DNA from: an uncultured bacterium
GTDB lineage: Bacteria; Hydrothermota; Hydrothermia; UBA1063
DNA length: 62,477 nt
Reading direction: 5' to 3'
Assembly (NCBI GenBank): GCA_964654765.1
Contig: CAZZKY010000074.1
Coordinates: 1 to 62,477 of the forward strand
Below the pieces are notes generated by a model. That model did no database searches. It saw only the letters and a list, made by a program, of their open reading frames with translations, and was not told where the DNA came from. Both the position numbers and the translations under genes were made by a program. How positions within the stretch are numbered: position 1 is the first letter of the stretch; each line of letters opens with the position of its first letter. Below, one piece after another: positions 46,022 to 55,552 of this stretch.

Positions 46022-47275
46022 ATGCCCAGGAAAAAAATAACGAAAGAGAGACACATTCACTGTTCCTTTTGTGGAAGACCAAAATCAGAAAACTTGAGAT
46101 TAATTGCAGGTATTGATGCATATATCTGCGAAGATTGCGTGAAAATTGCTTATGACATCATACGTGATGAAGAAAAGACAAAGAGAGAATTTAAAACCTT
46201 TACACTCCCAACACCTGAAGAAATCAAGGCCTACCTTGATGACTACGTTATAGGACAGGAGCTTGCCAAAAAAGTCCTTTCTGTTGCAGTCTACAATCAT
46301 TATAAAAGGATCTTAAACCCTAAAAAAGACATTGAATTACAGAAGACAAACGTACTACTTATCGGACCCACCGGCTCTGGTAAAACGCTTCTTGCAAAGA
46401 CCCTCGCAAAACTCCTGGATGTTCCCTTTGCAATCTTTGATGTAACTTCTTTAACTGAATCGGGGTATGTGGGTGAAGATGTAGAGATGATTCTCCTCAG
46501 GCTCATTCAAAACGCAGGCGGGGATATTGAAAAGGCTTCATATGGAATCGTCTATCTGGACGAAATTGATAAAATAGCGTACAAACATACCACTGGTAGA
46601 GATGTTTCGGGTGAAGGCGTTCAGGAAGAACTACTTAAACTCCTTGAAGGTCATGTAGTAAACGTTCCTATGAAATCAAACAAAAAAATGTCTGAACAGC
46701 CAACCTACCAGATTGACACTTCAAATATTCTTTTCATCCTCGGCGGTGCTTTTGTTGGAATTGAAGACATAATAAGGTCAAGACTTGGGTCTACAGAAAT
46801 GGGCTTTAAATCAATTCAAAGAGACGTAAGCAAATTAACTTATAACGAGATAATATCAAAGGTAGAGCCTGAAGATGTGATAAAATACGGCTTCCTGCCA
46901 GAATTTGTTGGAAGAATACCCGTTATCGTTCCACTTCATTCCCTTGGAAAGGAAGAACTGATCAGGATTCTTACGGAACCTCGAGATGCGGTAATAAAGC
47001 AGTATCAGAGATTTTTTGAAATGGAAAATGTGAAATTGTCATTTACAGAAGATGCACTCGAAGCCATTGCTGATATAGCAATTCAAACAAAAACCGGAGC
47101 AAGAGGATTGAGAAATATCATCGAAAAAGCGCTTCTTGAAACAATGTTTAAATTACCTACTCTGAGGCAAAAAAGACCCATTGAAGAGGTAATAGTGGAT
47201 AAAGAGGTCATAACCTCTGGCAAAGAACCTGTAATTATCTTTTCAGAATACAAAAAAAGAAAAGAGAGCTTTTAA
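46022..47275 (+). CDS. clpX: ATP-dependent Clp protease ATP-binding subunit ClpX
   Basis: Zinc finger CSFCGR...CEDC, Walker [24 protein letters not shown]. Confidence 0.97.
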   Translation: MPRKKITKERHIHCSFCGRPKSENLRLIAGIDAYICEDCVKIAYDIIRDEEKTKREFKTFTLPTPEEIKAYLDDYVIGQELAKKVLSVAVYNHYKRILNPKKDIELQKTNVLLIGPTGSGKTLLAKTLAKLLDVPFAIFDVTSLTESGYVGEDVEMILLRLIQNAGGDIEKASYGIVYLDEIDKIAYKHTTGRDVSGEGVQEELLKLLEGHVVNVPMKSNKKMSEQPTYQIDTSNILFILGGAFVGIEDIIRSRLGSTEMGFKSIQRDVSKLTYNEIISKVEPEDVIKYGFLPEFVGRIPVIVPLHSLGKEELIRILTEPRDAVIKQYQRFFEMENVKLSFTEDALEAIADIAIQTKTGARGLRNIIEKALLETMFKLPTLRQKRPIEEVIVDKEVITSGKEPVIIFSEYKKRKESF

Positions 47276-47281
47276 TAGGCT

Positions 47282-49579
47282 ATGGAAAACAGACTTCCTG
47301 TAGTAATAACAAGAGAACTGATAATTTACCCTTCCGTCGTTTCTCCAGTAATTATCGGGAGGCCTTTCTCTCTCAAAGCGGCAAGAGAAGCTCTTACCCT
47401 GAACAAGCAAGCTATTTTCGTTGCCCAATTAAATCCTGAACAGGAAATCCCTTCAAGCATTTCCGATATACTGGAATACGGAACGATAGGACTATTTCTC
47501 CAGCATCTGGCACCGCCCGATGGGACAATTAGGGCTGTTGTTGAAGGTCTGAAAAAAGTTAAAATTGTCGATTTAGTTTACCAAGATGACACATTTTATG
47601 CCTACTACGAGGAGATAGAACCCGCCGTTCCAGAATCCCCAGATATAGAAAAATATTTGAGGCTTCTGAGGGAGTATTTTGCAAAATACATTGAGTACGT
47701 TAAAACCGTACCCGAAACCGCCTTCAATGTCTTCGATGAATCACAAGATCCTTGGAGCATTGCATACAGAGTGCTGACCGCACTCAGGCTAAAATTCAGT
47801 GAGCAGATTGAATTATTTAAAATAAATAACCTGGAAGAGCTGCTGAAGAAACTTGTAGAAATTTTAATACGGGAAATCGAATTCATTAACCTGAAAATTA
47901 ATATTGAAACAAGGGTATCTGAGGAAATCAAAAAATATCAGAAGCAATTCTTTCTCCAGCAGGAAATGAAAGAAATCCAAAAAGAACTCGGGGTCACAGA
48001 AGAAGATGAATATGAAAATCTCGAAAAGACAATCCAGCAATCCAAAATGCCAGAAGAAGTTAAGAAAAAAGCCCTGGGTGAAGTAGCGAAACTAAGGAGA
48101 ATGCCTACGAACTCACCTGACGCAGCAGTGATCAGAAATTACCTCGACTGGCTTATCAACCTGCCCTGGGGTATCTACACTGAAGATAATCTGGACATTT
48201 CCAACGCGAGAAAAATTCTTGATGAAGACCACTATGGACTTGAAGAGCAAAAAGAAAGAATTCTGGAATATTTAGCAGTGCTAAAATTAAAGGGCGAAAT
48301 CAGGGGTCAGGTAATTTGTTTCGTTGGCCCTCCCGGTGTTGGAAAGACTTCTCTCGCAAAATCCATTGCAAGGGCCCTAAACAGGAAATTCGTTAGAATT
48401 TCTCTTGGTGGTTTGAGGGATGAAGCGGAAATAAAAGGACACAGAAGGACATATGTAGGGGCAATGCCGGGTAAAATAATTCAGCAAATAAGAAGAGCGG
48501 GAAGTTCGAACCCTGTATTTCTGTTAGATGAAATTGACAAAGTGGGTCAGGACTGGCGCGGGGACCCTCAGGCTGCCCTTATGGAAGTTCTTGACCCTGA
48601 GGTAAATAAATCATTCCAGGATCACTATTTAGAAGTTGAATTCGACCTCTCTCAAGTTCTCTTTATTACCACCGCCAACACAACATATACCATCCCCAAA
48701 CCGCTCTTAGACAGGATGGAAGTTATCCCCATAAGAGGATACCTGGAAAACGAAAAATATCACATTGCAAAGAAGTTTTTAATTCCCAAGCAGATAAAGT
48801 CTGCTGGCCTTCCTGAAGATACTTTAAAAATAACGCGACCTGCAATATACAGAATAATAAATGAATACTCGAGAGAAGCTGGGTTGAGAGAACTGGAAAG
48901 ACAAATTGCTAAAATAACCAGAAAAGCGGCAAAGAACTACGCCGATAAAGCCAAAAAGACAACGGTTACTGCCAAAAATCTGGAAAAATTCTTAGGTCCA
49001 CCTCGTTACAGACTGAGAGAACTAAATGAGACCCTTCCAGAAGGCGTTGCTTACGGCCTTGCCTGGACAGAGTATGGTGGAGACATTTTAAGAATAGAAG
49101 TTGCCAAGATGGAAGGAAGCGGAAAACTCGAATTAACAGGACAACTGGGAGATGTGATGAAAGAATCTGCAAAAGCAGCTCTTACATACATCAGAGCGAA
49201 TTACCAGGAATTTGAACTTGAGAGGGATTTTTACAACAAGTTAGACCTCCACTTGCATGTTCCAGAAGGTGCTATTCCCAAAGATGGGCCTTCCGCTGGT
49301 GTTACAATATTAACCGCAATGGTTTCCAGTTTGACTGGAAAAAAGGTTCCAAGTAACATTGCGATGACTGGAGAAATAACCATCACGGGTCAGGTGCTTG
49401 CTGTGGGTGGTCTGGAAGAAAAACTTCTGGCAGCTAAAAGATATGGCATTGCCACCGTTTACCTTCCATTAGAAAACAAAAGAGACGTTGAAGAAATGAA
49501 AAAGGATATAACTGAGAAGCTGGAAATCAGGTACATTTCACATGTTAGCGAACTTATAAAGGATGTATTCAATTTCTGA
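47282..49579 (+). CDS. lon: Lon protease (LonA)
   Basis: LON N-domain, Walker A GPPGVGKTS, FLLDEIDK, catalytic DGPSAG and a downstream Lys. Confidence 0.95.
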   Translation: MENRLPVVITRELIIYPSVVSPVIIGRPFSLKAAREALTLNKQAIFVAQLNPEQEIPSSISDILEYGTIGLFLQHLAPPDGTIRAVVEGLKKVKIVDLVYQDDTFYAYYEEIEPAVPESPDIEKYLRLLREYFAKYIEYVKTVPETAFNVFDESQDPWSIAYRVLTALRLKFSEQIELFKINNLEELLKKLVEILIREIEFINLKINIETRVSEEIKKYQKQFFLQQEMKEIQKELGVTEEDEYENLEKTIQQSKMPEEVKKKALGEVAKLRRMPTNSPDAAVIRNYLDWLINLPWGIYTEDNLDISNARKILDEDHYGLEEQKERILEYLAVLKLKGEIRGQVICFVGPPGVGKTSLAKSIARALNRKFVRISLGGLRDEAEIKGHRRTYVGAMPGKIIQQIRRAGSSNPVFLLDEIDKVGQDWRGDPQAALMEVLDPEVNKSFQDHYLEVEFDLSQVLFITTANTTYTIPKPLLDRMEVIPIRGYLENEKYHIAKKFLIPKQIKSAGLPEDTLKITRPAIYRIINEYSREAGLRELERQIAKITRKAAKNYADKAKKTTVTAKNLEKFLGPPRYRLRELNETLPEGVAYGLAWTEYGGDILRIEVAKMEGSGKLELTGQLGDVMKESAKAALTYIRANYQEFELERDFYNKLDLHLHVPEGAIPKDGPSAGVTILTAMVSSLTGKKVPSNIAMTGEITITGQVLAVGGLEEKLLAAKRYGIATVYLPLENKRDVEEMKKDITEKLEIRYISHVSELIKDVFNF

Positions 49580-50690
49580 AAAAAAGCCTGAAAAAGCCCT
49601 TCTTGTAGGTGTCTGTACCTCTTCTCAAGAACGCTGGCATGAACTGGATCGTCTTGAAGAACTTCAAAAGCTTGCAGAAGCAGCAGGTGCAAACGTTTTT
49701 GAAAAAATCCTCCAAATTAGGCCTTCCTACGATCCTGCATATCTCATAGGGAAGGGAAAAGCCTTTGAAATTCAAAACATTTGCGAGCAATTTGGTATTG
49801 ATGTTGTAATCTTTGACCAGGATTTATCACCCTCACAGGTAAGAAACCTGGAGCAAATAATCAAGTGCAAAATTATAGATAGAACGGAATTGATTCTGGA
49901 TATCTTCGCCCAACACGCCGAAACCCTTGAAGCAAAGATCCAGGTTGAGCTGGCTCAACTGCTTTACCGATTACCAAGGCTTGCAGGTAAGGGTATTGAC
50001 CTTTCAAGACTCGGTGGAGGCATAGGAACAAGAGGCCCCGGCGAGAAGAAACTGGAAGTAGACAGGAGAAAAATTAAAGATAGGATAAATCACCTAAAAA
50101 GAGAGCTGGAAGAGATTGAAAAAACAAGAGAGCTCCACTACCGCAGGAGACGGGAGATTTACAAAGTAACCCTTGTAGGTTACACCAATTCAGGGAAGTC
50201 TTCTATAATGAACCTCCTCACAAAATCCAACCTCCCTGTTGAAGATAAACCCTTCTCTACCCTTGATGCCACGACAAGGATCATGTATCAGAAAGTTCTC
50301 CCCAAACCCGTCGTAGTTTCAGACACGGTAGGATTCATTGAAGATATCCCCCATCACCTTATTGCCTCCTTTAAGGCTACACTTGGAGTTGCAAGGGAAG
50401 CAGATGTGCTGATCCACGTAATTGATATTACTAACGAACCAATAGATAAAAAAATTCAGACCGTAGAGTCTGTCTTAAGCGATATCGGATGCGGCGACAA
50501 ACCGATTATAAAAGTTTTTAACAAAACCGACCTTGTAATAGAAAAAAACGTTATAGAAAGATTGCGATCTAACTATCCCGACGCCCTATTTGTCTCAGCA
50601 AAACTGAAAACGGGGATCGAAGAACTGAAAAATGAGATAATAAGAAGATTTCAAAAATTTGAGGAACTCTCTGAAAGCTGGAAAAAGTAG
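49563..50690 (+). CDS. hflX: GTPase HflX
   Basis: HflX N-domain (RTELILDIFAQHA, LAQLLYRLPRL), G1 GYTNSGKSS, DTVGF, NKTD. Confidence 0.9.
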   Translation: MYSISEKKPEKALLVGVCTSSQERWHELDRLEELQKLAEAAGANVFEKILQIRPSYDPAYLIGKGKAFEIQNICEQFGIDVVIFDQDLSPSQVRNLEQIIKCKIIDRTELILDIFAQHAETLEAKIQVELAQLLYRLPRLAGKGIDLSRLGGGIGTRGPGEKKLEVDRRKIKDRINHLKRELEEIEKTRELHYRRRREIYKVTLVGYTNSGKSSIMNLLTKSNLPVEDKPFSTLDATTRIMYQKVLPKPVVVSDTVGFIEDIPHHLIASFKATLGVAREADVLIHVIDITNEPIDKKIQTVESVLSDIGCGDKPIIKVFNKTDLVIEKNVIERLRSNYPDALFVSAKLKTGIEELKNEIIRRFQKFEELSESWKK

Positions 50691-51409
50691 TAAAGTCCCC
50701 ATAAAACAGCATGTTTTTCATATTCACCAATATTTGTTATATTCCTCAAAATTTCACCGTCCCCACCAGTTATGATGACCCTATCTTCACCCGTTAATTT
50801 AACTGCGCCTTCAACAAGACCTTTCAACGCATCAACAATACCTTTTATAATACAATCTTCTGAAGATTCTGGAAAGAAACGGGAATAATTCCTAATACTC
50901 TTTTCACCCAAAAACCGCTCGCCTTTAGCAAGTTCGTAAGTGATTATGGAAGAATAACTTTTCAGCCTCGTCCCTTTTTTAAAGCTATCGGCGAGGATTT
51001 TAAGACCCGGAAATATTGCTATTGGATAGTGGGTCTGGTTATTTACCCATTCAATATTGATAAAAGTCCCCGCATCAATTCCAAGGCCCTTGCCATGCCT
51101 TCTCCAGATATAATAAGCCAGCGCCAGCCTGTCATCACCTAATTGAAAGGGATTCTTATAGTGAACTTTTAAAAATTTCTGAGTTTTTGAAGATAAACGC
51201 AAAACTTTACCCTTATATTGGGCCTCAAACAGCCTTTCGCTTAATTTCTTAAAATTCCTCGAAGAAACTGAACTATAAACTAATGCCTTAGCCTCTCGGA
51301 GGTCCACCAGTTTTGGCAGACCATCAAAAGCCTGAATTAGTTTCCCATCACTAAAAAGCCCTGTATGAATGTTAACATTACCAACATCAACACAAATCAA
51401 TAAATCCAT
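50651..51409 (-). CDS. coaX: Type III pantothenate kinase
   Basis: LICVDVGNVNIHTGLF, ...GIDAGT..., ...ITGGDGE. The 3' end overlaps the hflX 3' end by 40 nt (convergent). Confidence 0.85.
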   Translation of the reverse strand: MDLLICVDVGNVNIHTGLFSDGKLIQAFDGLPKLVDLREAKALVYSSVSSRNFKKLSERLFEAQYKGKVLRLSSKTQKFLKVHYKNPFQLGDDRLALAYYIWRRHGKGLGIDAGTFINIEWVNNQTHYPIAIFPGLKILADSFKKGTRLKSYSSIITYELAKGERFLGEKSIRNYSRFFPESSEDCIIKGIVDALKGLVEGAVKLTGEDRVIITGGDGEILRNITNIGEYEKHAVLWGLYYFFQLSESSSNF

Positions 51410-52071
51410 TCGATCCAGACAATATCATTAAAATTAAAAAAACCCGCCGTGGTATCTAAATCCAGTTCCTCATCTATGTCCTTTATCTCACACGCCACCT
51501 CTCGACCGCCCCTTAAATGCAAAAAGCATTTTCCACGAAGAGATACGACCTTATAGTACTCCTGAAATATTTTTTCATAATCCAGTCTCTCAAGGTCCTC
51601 AACCTCACAAATTAAAATGTCTGCAATTTCCGATACAGGCTTCTTAGCTCCTGTTTCGAGGAACAAACTGGTTGCAATTCCTTTTATTTCTTCAGGGAAC
51701 GCTTCTTGGTTTACGTTAATACCGATACCTATTATTGTCGCTCCACTAGTCTGCTCTACAAGAACACCCCCAATTTTCCTTTTCCCTACGAGAATATCAT
51801 TAGGAAACCTAATTTTTACCGGAAGAAAACTTATAAGAGTTTTATAAGCGGCAAGAGCACCAATGATTAAAGCCCTTTTTGAATCAATTCTTTTTAACAC
51901 AAAGGAAGAATAAAGGCCACCTTTTTGGGAAATCCATTTCCTCCCCTGCTGACCCCTTCCTCTCGTCTGCTCTTCAGAAATAACCACAAAAGGAATTTCT
52001 ACACCACTCTCAATAAAAAATTTAGCTGTATCATTTGTAGAGTTGCAAATTTTTATGTAATACCTATCCAC
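51397..52071 (-). CDS. birA: Biotin--[acetyl-CoA-carboxylase] ligase (no N-terminal HTH)
   Basis: GRGQQGRKWISQKGGLYSS, KIRFPNDILVGKRKIGGVLVE. Confidence 0.85.
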   Translation of the reverse strand: MDRYYIKICNSTNDTAKFFIESGVEIPFVVISEEQTRGRGQQGRKWISQKGGLYSSFVLKRIDSKRALIIGALAAYKTLISFLPVKIRFPNDILVGKRKIGGVLVEQTSGATIIGIGINVNQEAFPEEIKGIATSLFLETGAKKPVSEIADILICEVEDLERLDYEKIFQEYYKVVSLRGKCFLHLRGGREVACEIKDIDEELDLDTTAGFFNFNDIVWIEWIY

Positions 52072-52957
52072 AGGCTGCTACTGCAAAGGCTATGGAATAA
52101 TACTTTAGCTCTGGTTCATCAGCCCTTGAGAGAAGTACTACTGGAACTTTCGCACCGTAAATTAACCCACCAGCCTTTGCCTTAGCAATATATATCAACG
52201 CCTTTGCAAGAATATTACCCGATGCTACATCCGGGACCATCCACAAATCTGCATCACCGCTTACGACAGAAGTAACGCCTTTTAGCTCTGCCGCCCTCTT
52301 TGAAACCGCTATATCAAACCCCATCGGCCCATCAAGGTATACCTTAACCCCTTTAAAGAAACTCCTATCTTGAAGTTTCGAGATCGCGGCGAATTCAACA
52401 GTTTCAGGCATATCTTCATGGAGAGTTTCAAGGGAGGCAAGAAAAGCCACCTTTATCTCCTCGTAGCCCATAATCTTCATAATTTCAACGGCATTTTGAA
52501 GAATACTGATCTTCATTTTAAGATCCGGCCTGATATTCATTCCAGCATCGGTGAGGAAGACTAATTTGTGATAGTTAGGAATTTCAAGAAGGGTTATATG
52601 GGAAAATACTTTATCTGTCCTAATACCTTTTTCCTTATCAAGTAGGCTTCGTAAAAAAGTCGGGGTGTCTATCTTACCCTTCATTACGAAATCTGCTTCT
52701 CCCTTTTTTACGAGTTCACAAGCCTTAAAGGCAGAATCTACGGGGGAGGTCGAACTTATTATTTCGAACTCTGAAATTCCGTGTGTTTCAACAAATTTCT
52801 TAATCTTATCTTCATCTCCAATTAAAATAGGAAAAGCCAAGTCCTTAGCCAGCTTTAGACCCTCAACAATTTCCTCTGATGCACCCTCAACAACAGCTAT
52901 TCTTCTCTTTCCCTTTCTCTTCGCAAGTGCAACAATATCTTCAAAGGTCCTAAACAT
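52064..52957 (-). CDS. Phosphate acyltransferase (phosphate butyryl-/acetyltransferase family)
   Basis: Start at the internal ATG (MFRTFEDIVALAKRKGKRRIAVVEGASEE). ...FVMKGKIDT..., ...FLTDAGMNI..., ...VPVVLLSRAD. Confidence 0.75.
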   Translation of the reverse strand: MFRTFEDIVALAKRKGKRRIAVVEGASEEIVEGLKLAKDLAFPILIGDEDKIKKFVETHGISEFEIISSTSPVDSAFKACELVKKGEADFVMKGKIDTPTFLRSLLDKEKGIRTDKVFSHITLLEIPNYHKLVFLTDAGMNIRPDLKMKISILQNAVEIMKIMGYEEIKVAFLASLETLHEDMPETVEFAAISKLQDRSFFKGVKVYLDGPMGFDIAVSKRAAELKGVTSVVSGDADLWMVPDVASGNILAKALIYIAKAKAGGLIYGAKVPVVLLSRADEPELKYYSIAFAVAACG

Positions 52958-53047
52958 AATACCTCTCCTGTTTGAGATTATTTTATAGGAAAAGTAAAGT
53001 AAAATCAGCTCTATGGCTGAGGAATACTCCACATCGCAAAACAACGT

Positions 53048-55378
53048 CTACTTAAGTCTTAATACATAGATGTAATCTTCTGTGGAAGTGAAAGCATAAT
53101 TTCCATTACTCACAATCTTAATGCCATTTCTATTGGGTCTGTAGAAACCCAGCAAATTAGGAACTTGTGGATTGCTTAAACCTATAATGGAAATAAAGTT
53201 ATTAGTTCCCGTGGTCAAAACAGCACCATCATAACCGTAGACTGATTTCACATTAATCCCCGAATAAGTTCCCACAATAGATGGACTTTGTTGATTTGAG
53301 ACATCAACCACAACAAGGCCGTTAGAACCATCGGCAACGAGGAGATAGTTACTCCACACATATGAATTAGTCGCATAGCCAGGAGTATCCAGAGTTGTTT
53401 GAATACTCATATTCCTTACATCCACTATAGTAATACCAGACTGTCCCCTCGATACATAGGCATAATTGCCACTAACAAAGACGCTTATTGCGTAAGAGAT
53501 ATCAACACTGCCCACTACACGCAAATTATTAGGATCAGTAATGTCAAACTTTGTCAGGGTTCTGTAAGATGGACCTCCATGGATCACATAGAGAAAATTG
53601 CCACTCGCGAAAACAGAAAAAGTGGAACTCGGGTAAAACTCTAAGTAGCTTACCTTTCTAATCTGATTTCCAGAAAACTCGAAAACCTTGAGTCCCCAAA
53701 TGCTGTCAGCTATAAATATGTAATTCCCGTTAGCCGAGACCGAAACGTATTTTGTCGAGAAGGAACCATTTTCGGAATAATTTGCAATTGAGACGGGTGA
53801 TTGTGGGTTGGAGAAATTTACAACCGAAAGTGCCCCTTGTGATAATAACCCGGCGTAAGAGTTGGAAACTAAATAAATTAGATTTCCGCTTTTATAAAAA
53901 TCTTCCAAACCATACGCTGCATAAGAGCTAATTTCGAAGGGACATAAGGAAAAGCTTAAAACATCTGAAAAAAAACCAGTTGCATTTATCTTCTCCGCTC
54001 TTACCCGCCAGTAAAACTTTCCATTAAAGCTCAAAGGAAGCCACCTGAACTGAGTGTCTGTGACAGCTTTATCTATTAAATAGTTTCGAAAGTCCGAAAA
54101 CTCAGAGACTTGAATTCTGTATGAATCAGCCATAGGAACGTGCCTCCAGCCAAAGTTCAGTGTCTCCGCATTCCAGTGCAGGTAATTGTCAGGCGGCGAT
54201 AACACAACGGGTTTAGAATCAAGTGAAGTAAAAGTTACCTCAAGAGACCAGAGGGTATAAATTGTTCCTCTCCTTGCTCTGACCCTGGCCTTTAGCTCGC
54301 CTGTATTGGAATATCCGGGAGTCCAGTTGTAATAGTTATATTGAGTATATACGGTTATAATACTACCATAGCCTGGTTTGAATACTTCTAAATCGTAGCC
54401 TTCAGCTCCACTCACACTATTCCAGCTAAACCGAATATACTCGCTGTTCCAGAACATACTCCCATCTGCGGGATTGTAAACTTGAGGAGGTGACGGGACT
54501 TCTATAATGTCGAACGTTCCTGTTTCAGACCATGGTGTCCAGGTTGAACCCTTACCTGCTCTTACCCTCCAGTAAAATCTTCCCAATCTATTCTCCGAAG
54601 GCCAGGATATTGACGTGCCAGAAGTGATACTATCTAAAATCACAGAAATAAACAAGCTGTCAGAAGAAAGATGTATCTCATATTGGTCTGCACATTCCTT
54701 TTCAAACCAGCTAAAATTCACAATTTCATTTTTCCAACAGGAATCATTGATTGGTTCCCTAAGACCAGGAGCTGTAAGATCAACTACTTTTAAGTACAAG
54801 ATTTCACTCCATTCCCCCTGAATAGACCCTTTTAGGCCTCTCACTCTCCAATAAAAACCACCCCTTTCATTAAAACGAAAAGTAAAACAGGTGTCACTAA
54901 TCAAAGTATCAAGAACGAGATTCAAATCCCACTCGTAAGAAGATCTTGAAATTTGCAATTCAAACCACTCAGCTCCAGCTAAGGGTGTCCAACAAAAGTT
55001 AACGTCTTCAACGGTCCAGGTGCAAAAACCGTTCCAGTAAGTTAAAGGAGGCGGAGCAAAAGTAAAGGGATACTCTTTGTGTCTAATATTTCCCCTTTCA
55101 TCGAAGGCTTCAATTCTAATGTTATACGAATTGAACGGTAACACCCCCTTGATGGTGTCCACCACATAACTACTCGAATACCTCTTGTAAAAATTACCAT
55201 TTAAATACAACTTCGAATACTCAAAATCTTCGTCAACGACTTCAAATTCAAGAGCAATACCGTAATAAGTACTTTTTAACTGGTTTAACTTTATCTCAGG
55301 TGGGGCACCAAGGTCTTTTTTACAGGAACACACTAAAATTGCACACGCTGTAATAAAGCCAAGCTTTTTAAAATTCAT
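53048..55378 (-). CDS. Lipoprotein with four FN3-like repeats and a C-terminal LVIVD-repeat beta-propeller
   Basis: Start ATG 55378 after GGAGAGGGG. Lipobox-like ILVCSC. Four repeats ending in (F)YWRVRA/G. LVIVD-type strands GNYIFIADSIWGLKVFEF, GNYAYVSRGQSGITIVDV, NYLLVADGSNGLVVVDV. Confidence 0.7.
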   Translation of the reverse strand: MNFKKLGFITACAILVCSCKKDLGAPPEIKLNQLKSTYYGIALEFEVVDEDFEYSKLYLNGNFYKRYSSSYVVDTIKGVLPFNSYNIRIEAFDERGNIRHKEYPFTFAPPPLTYWNGFCTWTVEDVNFCWTPLAGAEWFELQISRSSYEWDLNLVLDTLISDTCFTFRFNERGGFYWRVRGLKGSIQGEWSEILYLKVVDLTAPGLREPINDSCWKNEIVNFSWFEKECADQYEIHLSSDSLFISVILDSITSGTSISWPSENRLGRFYWRVRAGKGSTWTPWSETGTFDIIEVPSPPQVYNPADGSMFWNSEYIRFSWNSVSGAEGYDLEVFKPGYGSIITVYTQYNYYNWTPGYSNTGELKARVRARRGTIYTLWSLEVTFTSLDSKPVVLSPPDNYLHWNAETLNFGWRHVPMADSYRIQVSEFSDFRNYLIDKAVTDTQFRWLPLSFNGKFYWRVRAEKINATGFFSDVLSFSLCPFEISSYAAYGLEDFYKSGNLIYLVSNSYAGLLSQGALSVVNFSNPQSPVSIANYSENGSFSTKYVSVSANGNYIFIADSIWGLKVFEFSGNQIRKVSYLEFYPSSTFSVFASGNFLYVIHGGPSYRTLTKFDITDPNNLRVVGSVDISYAISVFVSGNYAYVSRGQSGITIVDVRNMSIQTTLDTPGYATNSYVWSNYLLVADGSNGLVVVDVSNQQSPSIVGTYSGINVKSVYGYDGAVLTTGTNNFISIIGLSNPQVPNLLGFYRPNRNGIKIVSNGNYAFTSTEDYIYVLRLK

Positions 55379-55517
55379 ATCTCTCACCCCTCTCCAATTT
55401 TACTTCTATTTTGGTAAAATGTCAAGATTTGCAATAAGCCTTCCCGGACATTTCTCATCATTCTCCGAAAACAAAACTTCCAAACGACCGAGAAACAAGT
55501 CGTGTACTGTATATTTT

Positions 55518-55546
55518 TTGAAAAGTTCAATCCCTATTCTTATAAT
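55518..55546 (+). promoter_or_regulatory. Consensus sigma70-type promoter abutting the GTPase start codon (leaderless-type)
   Basis: TTGAAA (55518..55523), 17 nt, TATAAT (55541..55546), 6 nt, ATG (55553). No SD. Confidence 0.5.
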
Positions 55547-55552
55547 TCTAAT

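Noticed and set aside
48504-48513. tRNA T-arm-like GTTCGAACCC string.
   Set aside because: It lies in-frame inside lon (…RAGSSNPVF…). There is no acceptor or anticodon stem around it.
50651-50690. 40-nt convergent overlap of the hflX and coaX 3' ends, and a 4-nt convergent stop overlap at 3490..3493.
   Set aside because: This is consistent with the extreme compaction of the whole window. I see no evidence of a frameshift or of antisense regulation beyond the overlap itself. It is possible that one C-terminus is slightly over-called.
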